Assembly: GCA_038153405.1 (NCBI GenBank)
Contig: JAYOYH010000041.1
Location: 1 to 43,086 of the forward strand
DNA from: Gemmatimonadota bacterium
GTDB taxonomy: Bacteria; Latescibacterota; UBA2968; UBA8231
Reading direction: 5' to 3'
Length of the DNA stretch: 43,086 bases
How positions within the stretch are numbered: position 1 is the first letter of the stretch; each line of letters begins with the position of its first letter. The position numbers and the translations under genes are program-made. Under the pieces are notes generated by a model. The model was given only the letters and a program-made list of their open reading frames with translations. It did not search any database and was not told the DNA's origin. Below are positions 8,867 through 19,901 of this stretch, in pieces.

Positions 8867-10936
8867 TTAAAGGACGTATTTCTCTAATAATTGGCGGTAA
8901 ATGGCCGCAAAGTCGGCGCGCCCGTTATCCTTGTTATAGAAGTAACAGAATGGGTTTGGATTCAGTTCTAAGATGCGCAGGCCGTCGGCGCCGTTGATTA
9001 AATCGACGGCGTAAAAGCCCAAATCGACGACGGGTGCGATGGCGGCGACCAGCGCGCGCATGGATTCGAGCACGGGCCCCTCGGCTACGCGCACGGCGCG
9101 CCCGTCGTCTTGGTGCAGCGGATTGAGGTCGGTTCCGCCGCGCGCTTCGCTTTCCTTGCCGTAGGCCAAGAGCAATTCGCCCTCCGTCGCTACCGCGCGG
9201 AACTCTGCGCCGGAGACGTACTCCTGTATCAGGACGATATTGTCGAGGTAGTTGCTGTTTTCAAAGAGATGGCGGAGGCGGTGTGCTAAAGCCTGTGCGC
9301 TGTGTTCGAGGAACACGCCCTGCGCCAGCGAACTGCGGTACTTTTTTACTACGAGAGGGAAGGCGAAGTGGCGATCTATATCAGCGACGATCTCGTCGAT
9401 GGTGCGGTGCGTTTTATAGCGGTCAAAGCGCGGATCGGCCAGCGGGTTAAAGACCTGCTGTGTGTGTGGTATGGGTAGGCCGACGCGCGCAAAAATCTCG
9501 TATTGGAATGCCTTGTCCTCGGCGATGCGCGCCCCCATATAGTCGTTGAACGGATGCTTGTTGCGCCAAAAATACAGCGGTCGCCCACCATGGGTTAGGC
9601 GCATGAGCGCACCCTCGTCGCTGTAGGGTTCGCACGGCAGCCCCAATTCACCGCAGGCCATTTTAAGGCACTCTAAATTTTCCAGCGCCATGTCCTCGGT
9701 AATGCCGTCGCGTTCGCAGGGCAAATCGAAAAACTCGCGCGCGCGCGCGACGAGGAACAGCGATCCGGTGACGCACAGCGCGCCCTCTACTCCTACTAGC
9801 TGGCGACTGCGACGGAGTGCTGCAGAAAAAGAGGGAATGATCTCGGCCACTATGCCGTCGGGCAGGTGTTGGGCTAACTCGGCTGCCGGTACAGCTTTGG
9901 GATGGTCAGAGGCCGTGAGCACGATGCGATCGGCCAGCGGTGCCAGCGCGCGTAGAAACGCCCCCGCCTCGTGTCCCATGCCCATGCCAACGACCAGCGT
10001 CCAGCGCGTGCGCAGGACGCGCAGGGAATCGGCCAATGCCCGTCCTGCCTGCGGGTTGTGGGCGCCGTCTAATATGACCAGAGGCTGCGTACTGGCTCGC
10101 TCAAAGCGCCCGGGCCAAGCGTGCTCGGCGACGGTGCGTTCGGCGCATGCTTGCGCTGGAGCCAGGCCCAGGCCGCGCGCAGCCATCAGCGCCAGTTCGG
10201 CGTTTTCACCGTAGTAGCTGGGACGACCCGGCACGGTGCGGATTGGGGCCGTATGCAGCGCGATTGCGCGCTCGGCACACGTGCGCTGGAGTAGCTGCAT
10301 CACCTCGGGGGCCTGAGCCGACGTCGTATATAGCGGATGTCCGCTGCGCGCTATGTGCACCTTGTCGGCGGCGATTTGCTCTAGGGTATCGCCCAGGATG
10401 TTGACGTGGTCTAAGCCAACTCGCGTCAGCACGGCGGCTCGAGCATCCCAGGCGTTAGTCGCATCATAGCGTCCTCCCAGGCCTACTTCGAATACGGCCC
10501 ATTCGCAGCGCGCTGTCCTAAAGAAGTGAGCTGCCAACGCGGTCAGTGCTTCAAATTTGCTGAATGTGCCGAGTCCTTCGCGCTCAAAGTCGCGCGTGGC
10601 ATCGTATAGACTGTCTACGGCGGCAGCCCATTCGTCTTTGCCTAAGATCTCTCCGTTGACGCGGATGCGCTCGCGCTGCGTGTGCAGGTGGGGAGAGGTA
10701 TAGAGTCCGACGCGCAGTCCCGACTGCTGGGCGAGCGCGGCCAGTAGACTAGACGCCGTGCCCTTGCCGTTGGTGCCGCCGACGATAAGGGTATGAAAGG
10801 AATGCTGTGGGTCGCCTAAGCGCGCCAAGAGCGCACGCATGCGCGGCAGGTAGTCTTCCAAGGGGCCGCTCGGTGGCCGGCCCGTCTCCCAGTCGGGCAG
10901 CGTGTCGAGAAAGCGCTTGGCGCGGAAATAATCCAT
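8867..10936 (-). CDS. folC: FolC-like folylpolyglutamate/dihydrofolate synthase fused to a C-terminal ATP-grasp ligase domain
   Basis: FolC motifs GGTNGKGT, GLYTSPHL, RERIR, EVGLGGRYDATN, LDH, WPGRFE, DGAHNP, VTGSLFLV. Then in frame: EDK..Y..F...GLPIP, FPLVVK...S..QGV, LIQEYVSG.EFR, FYAVDLI, LELNPNP (ATP-grasp). Confidence 0.85.
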   Translation of the reverse strand: MDYFRAKRFLDTLPDWETGRPPSGPLEDYLPRMRALLARLGDPQHSFHTLIVGGTNGKGTASSLLAALAQQSGLRVGLYTSPHLHTQRERIRVNGEILGKDEWAAAVDSLYDATRDFEREGLGTFSKFEALTALAAHFFRTARCEWAVFEVGLGGRYDATNAWDARAAVLTRVGLDHVNILGDTLEQIAADKVHIARSGHPLYTTSAQAPEVMQLLQRTCAERAIALHTAPIRTVPGRPSYYGENAELALMAARGLGLAPAQACAERTVAEHAWPGRFERASTQPLVILDGAHNPQAGRALADSLRVLRTRWTLVVGMGMGHEAGAFLRALAPLADRIVLTASDHPKAVPAAELAQHLPDGIVAEIIPSFSAALRRSRQLVGVEGALCVTGSLFLVARAREFFDLPCERDGITEDMALENLECLKMACGELGLPCEPYSDEGALMRLTHGGRPLYFWRNKHPFNDYMGARIAEDKAFQYEIFARVGLPIPHTQQVFNPLADPRFDRYKTHRTIDEIVADIDRHFAFPLVVKKYRSSLAQGVFLEHSAQALAHRLRHLFENSNYLDNIVLIQEYVSGAEFRAVATEGELLLAYGKESEARGGTDLNPLHQDDGRAVRVAEGPVLESMRALVAAIAPVVDLGFYAVDLINGADGLRILELNPNPFCYFYNKDNGRADFAAIYRQLLEKYVL

Positions 10937-10959
10937 ACTCACGTTTCCCCTATGCACAG

Positions 10960-10987
10960 AAAAAGGGGAGACCTGAACGGTCGCCCC
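10960..10987 (-). terminator. Intrinsic terminator-like hairpin downstream of moaA
   Basis: Minus strand GGGGCGACC-GTTCA-GGTCTCCCC (8 of 9 bp paired) followed by TTTTT. Confidence 0.6.
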
Positions 10988-11020
10988 GAGCCCCTCTAAT
11001 TACTCTGCTGCCGACGGCGC

Positions 11021-12049
11021 TCATCCGCCGCGCGTATGCATCTCCCTATGCGGGTCTTCGCGTAGGTCTTCTATTGCAAAGAGTGCGCCGCGCGCAGGAT
11101 CTTCCAAGCGCTGTTCGGCACCGCGCTCTTGGCGGCCGTTCCACGTGGCGCGCAGGTAATCGAGCAGTGCTTCGGGCTGTTGGTGTGCGCGCAGATGCGT
11201 GCGCAGGTCGTGGCCTGCGCTGGCGTACAGGCACAGATACCACATGCCGTCAGCCGTAAGGCGACTGCGGTCGCACGTGCCGCAAAATGGCTGGCTGACC
11301 GAGGCGATGATGCCAAAGCGCGTGCCGTCCTGCAGCCGGAAGCGCGCGGCTGGAGCCGCGCCCTGTGGGCCGTCGGCTGCGATTGGGCCGTAGTGCTGCT
11401 CTAATAAGGCGAGTAAATCGCGCCGAGTGACTACTTCACCCTGCGACCAGTGGGTCGCTCCGCCGACGTCCATGTATTCAATAAAGCGCACCTCGCCGCC
11501 GACGCGCTTGCCGTACTCGAGCAGGTCGATGATCTCATCGTCGTTAAAACCGCGCATCACCACCGTATTGATTTTTAGTGCGTCGAATCCCGCGGCGGCG
11601 GCCGCATCGATACCCGAGAGCACGGATGCCAGCGGATCGCGGCGCGTCAACTGCTCTAGGCGATCCCGTCGCAGCGAATCTAAGCTAATGGTGATGCGCT
11701 GTAATCCGGCATGGCGCAGGGCAACGGCGCGCTGCGCCAGCTGCGTGCCATTAGTCGTCAGGGCTAGATCGCGAATCGACGGCATGTCGGCTATGCGCGC
11801 TACGAGCTCTTCCAGATGTGGGCGCAGCAGGGGTTCGCCGCCCGTGATGCGCACGCGGTCGACGCCGAGTTCGGCGAATAGGCTCACCGCTCGCTCAATT
11901 TCGTCAAAGCTGAGTATATCGCTTTTAGGTAGCCATGCGTAGCTTTCTTCGGGCATGCAGTAGCGACAGCGCAGGTCGCAGCGATCGATGACCGATAAGC
12001 GCAGGCTGCGCATTGGGCGCTGTAGGCGGTCGATGAGAGTGTTTTCCAA
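11021..12049 (-). CDS. moaA: GTP 3',8-cyclase (molybdenum cofactor biosynthesis radical SAM enzyme)
   Basis: LRLSVIDRCDLRCRYCMP (CxxxCxxC), RITGGEPLLR, TTNG, RFIEYM, FCGTCDR.RLTADG...LC (second cluster), C-terminal GG. TTG start. Confidence 0.95.
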   Translation of the reverse strand: MENTLIDRLQRPMRSLRLSVIDRCDLRCRYCMPEESYAWLPKSDILSFDEIERAVSLFAELGVDRVRITGGEPLLRPHLEELVARIADMPSIRDLALTTNGTQLAQRAVALRHAGLQRITISLDSLRRDRLEQLTRRDPLASVLSGIDAAAAAGFDALKINTVVMRGFNDDEIIDLLEYGKRVGGEVRFIEYMDVGGATHWSQGEVVTRRDLLALLEQHYGPIAADGPQGAAPAARFRLQDGTRFGIIASVSQPFCGTCDRSRLTADGMWYLCLYASAGHDLRTHLRAHQQPEALLDYLRATWNGRQERGAEQRLEDPARGALFAIEDLREDPHREMHTRGG

Positions 12050-12228
12050 AGTGGTATGGTTCAGAGGTAGCCGTGGTGTATGCTGTCCGATAAACAGATT
12101 GAAACTAGATTTTTGAATATAGGTATTCTAGGCGTTGGAGCAATTTTTAGGCGTGGACATGCGGAGGGGCAGCGCGCCGTTTTACAATGAGAAAGTGCAT
12201 AGGCAACTGTTTTACGTATATTATCGGG

Positions 12229-12259
12229 GAGCGCGAGCCTTCGCTCGCTCGGTTTTTTT
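12229..12259 (+). terminator. Terminator-like hairpin in the moaA / receiver-gene divergent intergenic region
   Basis: GCGAGC-CTTC-GCTCGC perfect 6-bp stem, extendable by GA/TC across a bulge, followed by GG and T7. Confidence 0.4.
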
Positions 12260-12364
12260 ATCGAAAGCAGTATTTTCAGGACATAAAGCAAATTTTTACA
12301 GTAATTTGCGCATGTTTCACTCCATGGGTAGAACGCGGCTTCTCACAGGAAGATTGGGTGTTGT

Positions 12365-12769
12365 ATGGTTGCCAAGGTATTGATCGTCGAAGATGACGAG
12401 GCATTGCGCGAAAGCTTGGCTCTCGCGCTGAGGACGTGTGCTGATCCCCCCATGGAGGTCCTAATCGCCGGTGATGGCAAAGAGGCCCTGCGCATCGTAG
12501 AAGAGCAGGGGGATATCAATGTGGCGGTGGTCGATATCTTTATGCCCGGCGTCGATGGGATCGAATTTATTCGCATGGTCCGCAAGACGCCGCACACCCT
12601 CAACACGCTGGCCATTTCCGGCGGAGCGGTGCACATACACAGCAACTACCTAAAATCGGCGCGTTTCTTGGGCGCCGCCGCCGTTCTAACCAAGCCTTTC
12701 CGCATGGCGGAATTCCAGGACGCCGTCAAAAAACTGCTCAATGCTACGCCTGAGGCCGCCAAAGAGTAG
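12365..12769 (+). CDS. Single-domain response regulator (receiver only)
   Basis: VLIVEDD, VVDIFMPGVDG, AISGG, LTKPF; no output domain. Confidence 0.9.
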   Translation: MVAKVLIVEDDEALRESLALALRTCADPPMEVLIAGDGKEALRIVEEQGDINVAVVDIFMPGVDGIEFIRMVRKTPHTLNTLAISGGAVHIHSNYLKSARFLGAAAVLTKPFRMAEFQDAVKKLLNATPEAAKE

Positions 12770-12778
12770 CGCGCCGTT

Positions 12779-14457
<1,679 letters not shown>

Positions 14458-14461
<4 letters not shown>

Positions 14462-15423
14462 CGCCGTTTCTCCTGAAGTTCTCTGTAGGCTTCAAATACT
14501 ATAGATAGGTCGCGCTGCGCCTGCACGAAACCCGAAATGGGCGCGCGCGCTGGGTCGTGTAAACAGGCCAAAAAATCGCGCGCTTGTCCTGCGTATCCCA
14601 TCAGGTCGCGCAGGCCTGGAAAATAGATTCGCTTGCGCGCGCGCGATTTGAGGCGCACGTAGAGCCCGTTGCTCTCGAATACAATGTAACCGCTCTCGCC
14701 GTCGATACGAGAGTGCTGCAGCACGCCTTTGGTCGGGCTAAATGCGTTCCACGCATAGTGCAGTTGGGCGCAGAGTCCGTCGGCGTATTCCATGCGCACT
14801 TCGGAGCGCCGTTCGGCTCTATCTGCATTGCCGCCGGGAAACCGCGCGGCGACGCGCTGTGGCTCTTGTCCGACAAGAGCCGATATAAGTGCCACAAAGT
14901 GTATGCCACCTTCGAGCAGTGCGCCATAGCCGCTCTTCCATCCCGAGGCGTGCTGGGTAAAGCACTTGCGCACGTGGATGGACTGCAGCGCGCCGATAAA
15001 CCCCTGTGCGATAATCCACTGCAGCAGCCTTAGAGAGGGCTTGTAGTAGTAGTTTTCGGCCACGAGAAAAGGAATGTTGGGGTGGGCCGCTATTGCTTGT
15101 CCCATGGCGGATAGTTCGTTCGGGTTGGCGCATAGCGGTTTTTCTACGAGCACGCCTTTGCCGCGCTGCAGGGCAGCCGTGGCAAAGGCGACGTGGTATT
15201 CGGGGGGCGTGCAGAGCACCACGCCATCGATATTGGCGTCGAGGGCTTGCTCGTAGTTGTCGTAGACTGCGGTGCCGCCAAAGGATGCACAAAAGGCCTC
15301 GGCGCTTTCGCGACGGCGGCTGACAAAGTGCAGTTCGGCGCGTGCGCGCAGGTGTTTAGCGTGGACGTTGGCGATGGCGCCGCAGCCGACGATACAGATT
15401 TTTTTTTGCGCGGTGGTGTTCAA
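14458..15423 (-). CDS. Gfo/Idh/MocA family NAD(P)-dependent oxidoreductase
   Basis: IVGCGAIA, CTPP..H, VLVEKP, GALLEGGIH. Stop overlaps the ettA start (ATGA). Confidence 0.9.
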
Positions 15424-15439
15424 TAGGGACTCGCGTCGC

Positions 15440-16924
15440 TCAGTGTTTTAGCATGGTTTCTGCCAAGCGCAGGGCATTGGCGGCGATCGTCAGGCTGGGA
15501 TTTACGCCGCCTGAAGTCGGCATAAATGAGCCGTCGGCGACGAATAGATTGTCTACGTCCCACACGCGGCCATTTTTGTCCACCACGCCATCTTCAGGCG
15601 TATTGGCGCTGCGCAAGGTGCCAACGGCGTGTGAGAACGAATCGATCGCATAGGTGTAGGAGGCCAGCCCACCGGCTTTGCGCAGGACCTGCCGCGCGCG
15701 CTTGAGTAAGTAGTTGCGGCGCTGCACGTCGGCGCGGCTGTAGGCGTGTTCGACTTCTACCATGGGCACCCCCCACGCGTCCTCGCGCGTGCCCAGACGC
15801 ACGCGGTTTTGCATTTGCGGCTCGTCTTCGGCTATGCAGAGCAGATTTTGCATAAGAGGAGCGAAGAGGCCGGCTATCCAGCGGCTGCCCGCCGGTGCAT
15901 GATGGCGGATAATTTCCGGCGACGGCGTGTAGATATCTTGGATAACGCCGACGGCCGTGCCCAACTCGCTGCGCAAGTCCTCGTAGAAATCGCCAAAGCA
16001 AAGCTGTTTGTGGAAGACTTGCTGCGGATTGGTGCGAAAGGGAAAGACATAGCTGCACACCGCATTGCAGTGGCGCATGAGGTTGCGTCCCATAAGCGGG
16101 TGCTCCAATCCCGAGCGCATAAGCAGCGCTGGGCTCTGTATCGCTCCAGCGGCGACGACCACTAAATCGCCCCGTGCGCTGCGCTGCTGGCCGCTGGCCG
16201 CGTCGACATATTCTACCGTGTGCACGCGCCCTCTCTCTATATGCAGGCGTTGGGCAACGGCTCCGCTGGCCAGGTGCAGACCGCGCTGCTGTGCTTCCTG
16301 CAAGATCGCCGTCGCCAGATCGTTTTTGGCCTCGATGCGGCAGGGGAAGCCGTCACAGGTATTGCATAACACGCAGCGCGGACGGCGCTCATCGCGAAAG
16401 TTTATGGCCAGTGGAATGGGAAAGGGTCGGTAGCCGAGATCAGCCGCCGCGCGCTGCAGGCGATGTGCCGGCTCGCTCAACTCGATTGGCGCAAAGGGAT
16501 ACGATTTCAGGCCGGGCGGTTCAAACGGATCGGCTCCAACTGCGCCGTGTACGCCCAACAGTGTTTCGGCGCGCGCGTAGTAGGGCGCCAAGTCGGCGTA
16601 GGAAATGGGCCAGCGCTCAAAGTCCTTCTCGCGCAGGCGCAGCGAAGCACCGCCGTAAAAGACCGACTTGCCGCCCACGGTCTCGTTGGGATAGACGTCG
16701 CTAAAACGGCGGGCGCCGTACTGTTTGACGCGAATCGGAGTGCGGCCGCGGTAGCGCTGCTCGATGAGGATCTGCCGCTGGTTCCAATCGCCCTCGTCGC
16801 GGTGCGGCCAGCGGCCGCGCTCTAGCAGCAACACGCGGCGTCCGGCATCGGTTAGCGCGGATGCGACGAGTGCACCGCCAAACCCCGAACCGACAACTAC
16901 CGCATCATAGGACGCCGAGTTCAT
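15440..16924 (-). CDS. GMC family FAD-dependent oxidoreductase with Cys-rich Fe-S motif
   Basis: DAVVVGSGFGG, LLLERG, VGGKSVFYGG, CVLCNTCDGFPC, AAGAIQSPALL, HAVGT, DGSFMPTSGGVNPSLTI. Confidence 0.92.
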   Translation of the reverse strand: MNSASYDAVVVGSGFGGALVASALTDAGRRVLLLERGRWPHRDEGDWNQRQILIEQRYRGRTPIRVKQYGARRFSDVYPNETVGGKSVFYGGASLRLREKDFERWPISYADLAPYYARAETLLGVHGAVGADPFEPPGLKSYPFAPIELSEPAHRLQRAAADLGYRPFPIPLAINFRDERRPRCVLCNTCDGFPCRIEAKNDLATAILQEAQQRGLHLASGAVAQRLHIERGRVHTVEYVDAASGQQRSARGDLVVVAAGAIQSPALLMRSGLEHPLMGRNLMRHCNAVCSYVFPFRTNPQQVFHKQLCFGDFYEDLRSELGTAVGVIQDIYTPSPEIIRHHAPAGSRWIAGLFAPLMQNLLCIAEDEPQMQNRVRLGTREDAWGVPMVEVEHAYSRADVQRRNYLLKRARQVLRKAGGLASYTYAIDSFSHAVGTLRSANTPEDGVVDKNGRVWDVDNLFVADGSFMPTSGGVNPSLTIAANALRLAETMLKH

Positions 16925-17705
16925 GGGCGTAGAGCAGCACCAGCGCTGTGATGATGGCCAGCGCCGCGTAGTGAAAGCGCTCGCGCGTATCCAATTGCTG
17001 CTGGATGCGCGGCAGGTCTGGGCGAAATTTACCCGACATATTGCGCTGGATGTAGGTTTTGTAGTACTCGACAGAGAAGCGCTCTAAGCCGCCGTTCATA
17101 TAGATGAGAAAGCCTAGCGGCAGGGGGTTTTCCGGGTCGGCAAGAACGTAGAATAGCGGGCTAAGCAACGCCAATACCATGCCGGAGCGCTGAAACTTGA
17201 GTGGCTTAAATCCCTCAAACGGCGCGTCTTTATAGGCGCCGCCTAGCGCTACGATGCAGCCCGTGCCGTAGGCGACGGCCAGGTAGCCCCAAAATCCACT
17301 GATCGCATAGTCGACGAGCAGAAAGGCGAATACGACAGCGACGATGACTATGCCGACGCCGTGGCGCAGCAGGTCACTTTCGACATGGCGCCCGAAGAAG
17401 GTTATGCGCGATGGAACAAAGTACTTGTCTTGGTCTTCGGTGCGAAAAAACCCCTTGTAGATTTCGGCGAGAAAGCGCTCAATGCCCATCACCAAAAAAA
17501 ATAGCTGCACCAAGTCGAGGTGTTGCACGCGCGCTTGGAAATGGGGTAGGAAGTAGAGCGGCAAAAAAATGGCGATGTGGAAGTAGACGCTGCGCGGAAA
17601 GGTCTTTGGCTTGAAGCCCTCGTACGGCCCGTCTTTAAAGGCGCCCCACAGCGATGTGTACAAACCCGATACGACAATGACGATAAATTGTATGGCAAAT
17701 GACAT
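16905..17705 (-). CDS. Hypothetical polytopic membrane protein with an internal two-fold repeat
   Basis: About 7 hydrophobic segments. Repeated motifs GAFKDGPYEGFKP..F.RS / GAYKDAPFEGFKP..F.RS and GIERF..EIYK / GLERF..EYYK. Overlaps the GMC start by 20 nt. Confidence 0.8.
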   Translation of the reverse strand: MSFAIQFIVIVVSGLYTSLWGAFKDGPYEGFKPKTFPRSVYFHIAIFLPLYFLPHFQARVQHLDLVQLFFLVMGIERFLAEIYKGFFRTEDQDKYFVPSRITFFGRHVESDLLRHGVGIVIVAVVFAFLLVDYAISGFWGYLAVAYGTGCIVALGGAYKDAPFEGFKPLKFQRSGMVLALLSPLFYVLADPENPLPLGFLIYMNGGLERFSVEYYKTYIQRNMSGKFRPDLPRIQQQLDTRERFHYAALAIITALVLLYAHELGVL

Positions 17706-17831
17706 GCGGTTTCTCTAGGTTGGCTAACGCATAGATATTAGGCCAGATGGCGGCCTGCGGCAAGGTATTCTCTTGCTAGTGCGCGTCCGTATAGTTTCTT
17801 TTACGACCCCCTTATTCGAAAGGAAAATCCT

Positions 17832-18695
17832 ATGCGACTCGGCGTCTGCGGTATGATTCCCAGCGAATTTGTCGAAACTAGCGTCCGCGACTTGGAGGCG
17901 ATCAAGGCGTTGGGCCTCAGCGGAGCGGCATTTCACTACGGCGGCGACAAACTAGCCCAACTCAGCGCGGACGATCTGCGCGGCGTGCACCAAACCTTTG
18001 CCGACGCCGAGATGGATCTCGTGCAGTTTGGTATCGGCTTTGGCGAGTGCCTTTTCGATCCGAGCGCCGAAGTGCGCCAGCGCGTCATCGACAAAATAGA
18101 GCGCGGCATTGAGGTGGCACGCCAGCTCGATGCCATAGGATGCCTCATTCGCACCGGCAGCCTCAATCCCGCTGGATCCTATGTGCCGGACAGGGCCAAC
18201 CGCACGCCGGAAGCCCGCGCACAGTTGGTGGATACGCTCAAAAAAGTCGCTGTCAAAGCCGAAGCAGAAGGTGTCGATATCGTCATTGAGACGCACGTGC
18301 TGACGATTATGGGATCGCCCGAAATCAACAGAGATATTTTGGCAGACGTCGGCTCGGCGCGGATGAGCGTCGTTATGGATTACGTCAACCACTTTCAAAA
18401 TCTCGACCAAGTCTATGACAGCACGGCTCGACTGGAGCATATTTTTTCCATTATGAATCCCATTGCCATACTCGGCCACTGCAAGGATATCAAGATGAGC
18501 CCCGGTTTGGTGTTGCATATCGACGAAGAAGTGCCCGGCGATGGCGAACTCGACCTAGCGACGGCGCTGCGCCTGTGGCATGAGGCCCATCCAGATGGCT
18601 ATATGCTGCTCGAGCACTTGCCCAACGAGCGCTATCCGCACGCGGCGGCCAATACGCTGAGAATTATTGAAGAAAACGGCATTCCGCTGCACTAG
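17832..18695 (+). CDS. Sugar phosphate isomerase/epimerase (xylose isomerase-like TIM barrel)
   Basis: AAGGA RBS. Metal-ligand pattern IET, MDYVN, HCKD, PGDGELD, LLEH. Confidence 0.85.
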   Translation: MRLGVCGMIPSEFVETSVRDLEAIKALGLSGAAFHYGGDKLAQLSADDLRGVHQTFADAEMDLVQFGIGFGECLFDPSAEVRQRVIDKIERGIEVARQLDAIGCLIRTGSLNPAGSYVPDRANRTPEARAQLVDTLKKVAVKAEAEGVDIVIETHVLTIMGSPEINRDILADVGSARMSVVMDYVNHFQNLDQVYDSTARLEHIFSIMNPIAILGHCKDIKMSPGLVLHIDEEVPGDGELDLATALRLWHEAHPDGYMLLEHLPNERYPHAAANTLRIIEENGIPLH

Positions 18696-18880
18696 CGACA
18701 ACGGCTTTGTCCTTGGGGCACAAGGCACTGTGTTAGGCGGTACCATACGACACGTGCGCGGACCGCATGGTGCCGGGTGCGCCGAATCGGGCGTCGTATA
18801 AGCGATGGCTATCTTGCTGCGCCGCGGTCTATGTACTACTCTAATCGGTCTAACGCCAACCTACTGAATAGGAGCGCGTC

Positions 18881-19894
18881 ATGCACTATCGCACGATGGG
18901 TCGCACCGGCCTAAAAGTTTCGGAAGTTTGCCTCGGCACCATGACCTTTGGCCACGGCACCGACGAAGCAGAGTCGAAGAAAATCGTCGACTTGGCGTTT
19001 GAGGCTGGCATTAACTTTTTCGACACGGCCAATACGTACGGCGACGGCGAGTCGGAAGTCCTGCTGGGCAAGGCGCTCAAGGGACGCCGTCGAGATGCCG
19101 TTGTAGCCAGCAAGTTCTTCAATCCGTTTGGCCCCGGTCCCAACGATTCGGGTATGTCGCGGGTGCACATTATGAACGCCGTCGAAGATTCGCTGCGCCG
19201 TCTGCAGACCGATCATCTCGATCTGTATTACATCCACCACGTCGATACGCAGACTCCGCTCGAGGAGATGCTGCGCGCGCTCGATGACCTAGTGCGCCAG
19301 GGCAAGGTGCGCTACACGGCCTGTTCCAACTACGAGGCCTGGCGTCTGATGGAGGCGCTGTGGATTAGTGACTCGGAGGGCTGGACGCGCTTTGACTGCT
19401 ACCAGCCGCAGTACAGCTTGGTCGTGCGCGATATTGAGGAAGAACTGATTCCCGTATGTCAGCTCAAGGGACTCGGCGTGGTGGTGTGGAGTCCGCTAGG
19501 CGGTGGGTTCCTCTCCGGCAAGTACCGGCCGGGTGAGCGCTCGGTGGCCGGCAGTCGCTCCGAAGAGGGCTGGGCGTATCCGCAGCGCTACTTCGCACCC
19601 AGCGCCGACGATTCGCTGGCGGCGCTGCTCGAGGTGGCTGAGGCGCTGCAGCGTTCGCCGGCGCAGATTGCCCTGCGCTGGGTGCTGGAACAACCGGCCA
19701 TTACTTCGGTGATCATCGGTGCGCGCACCGTCGAACAGGCGCGCGACAACATGCTGGCCGGTTCGTTTGCGCTGGAGGGCGATCACCTGCAGCGCCTAAA
19801 TGCCGTTTCTGCCCTGTCGCCGCGCTATCCGCGCGCGATGGAAGAAAATATGCACGAGCGGCGCAACGATGCCGTCGATATGCCTTCGCTGTAA
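18881..19894 (+). CDS. Aldo/keto reductase
   Basis: GRTGLKVSEVCLGTMTFG, FDTANTYG, SLRRLQTDHLDLYYIH, QPQYSL, WSPLGGG. Confidence 0.95.
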   Translation: MHYRTMGRTGLKVSEVCLGTMTFGHGTDEAESKKIVDLAFEAGINFFDTANTYGDGESEVLLGKALKGRRRDAVVASKFFNPFGPGPNDSGMSRVHIMNAVEDSLRRLQTDHLDLYYIHHVDTQTPLEEMLRALDDLVRQGKVRYTACSNYEAWRLMEALWISDSEGWTRFDCYQPQYSLVVRDIEEELIPVCQLKGLGVVVWSPLGGGFLSGKYRPGERSVAGSRSEEGWAYPQRYFAPSADDSLAALLEVAEALQRSPAQIALRWVLEQPAITSVIIGARTVEQARDNMLAGSFALEGDHLQRLNAVSALSPRYPRAMEENMHERRNDAVDMPSL

Positions 19895-19901
19895 AAGATT
19901 T

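Noticed and set aside
8867..10936. Cyanophycin synthetase (cphA)
   Set aside because: Domain order is reversed, the ligase domain has FolC-specific motifs (TSPHL, GLGGRYDATN, DGAHNP), and no cyanophycinase gene is adjacent.
12050..12230. Moco riboswitch upstream of moaA
   Set aside because: I could not identify the conserved Moco RNA motif by eye; an Infernal search would be needed.
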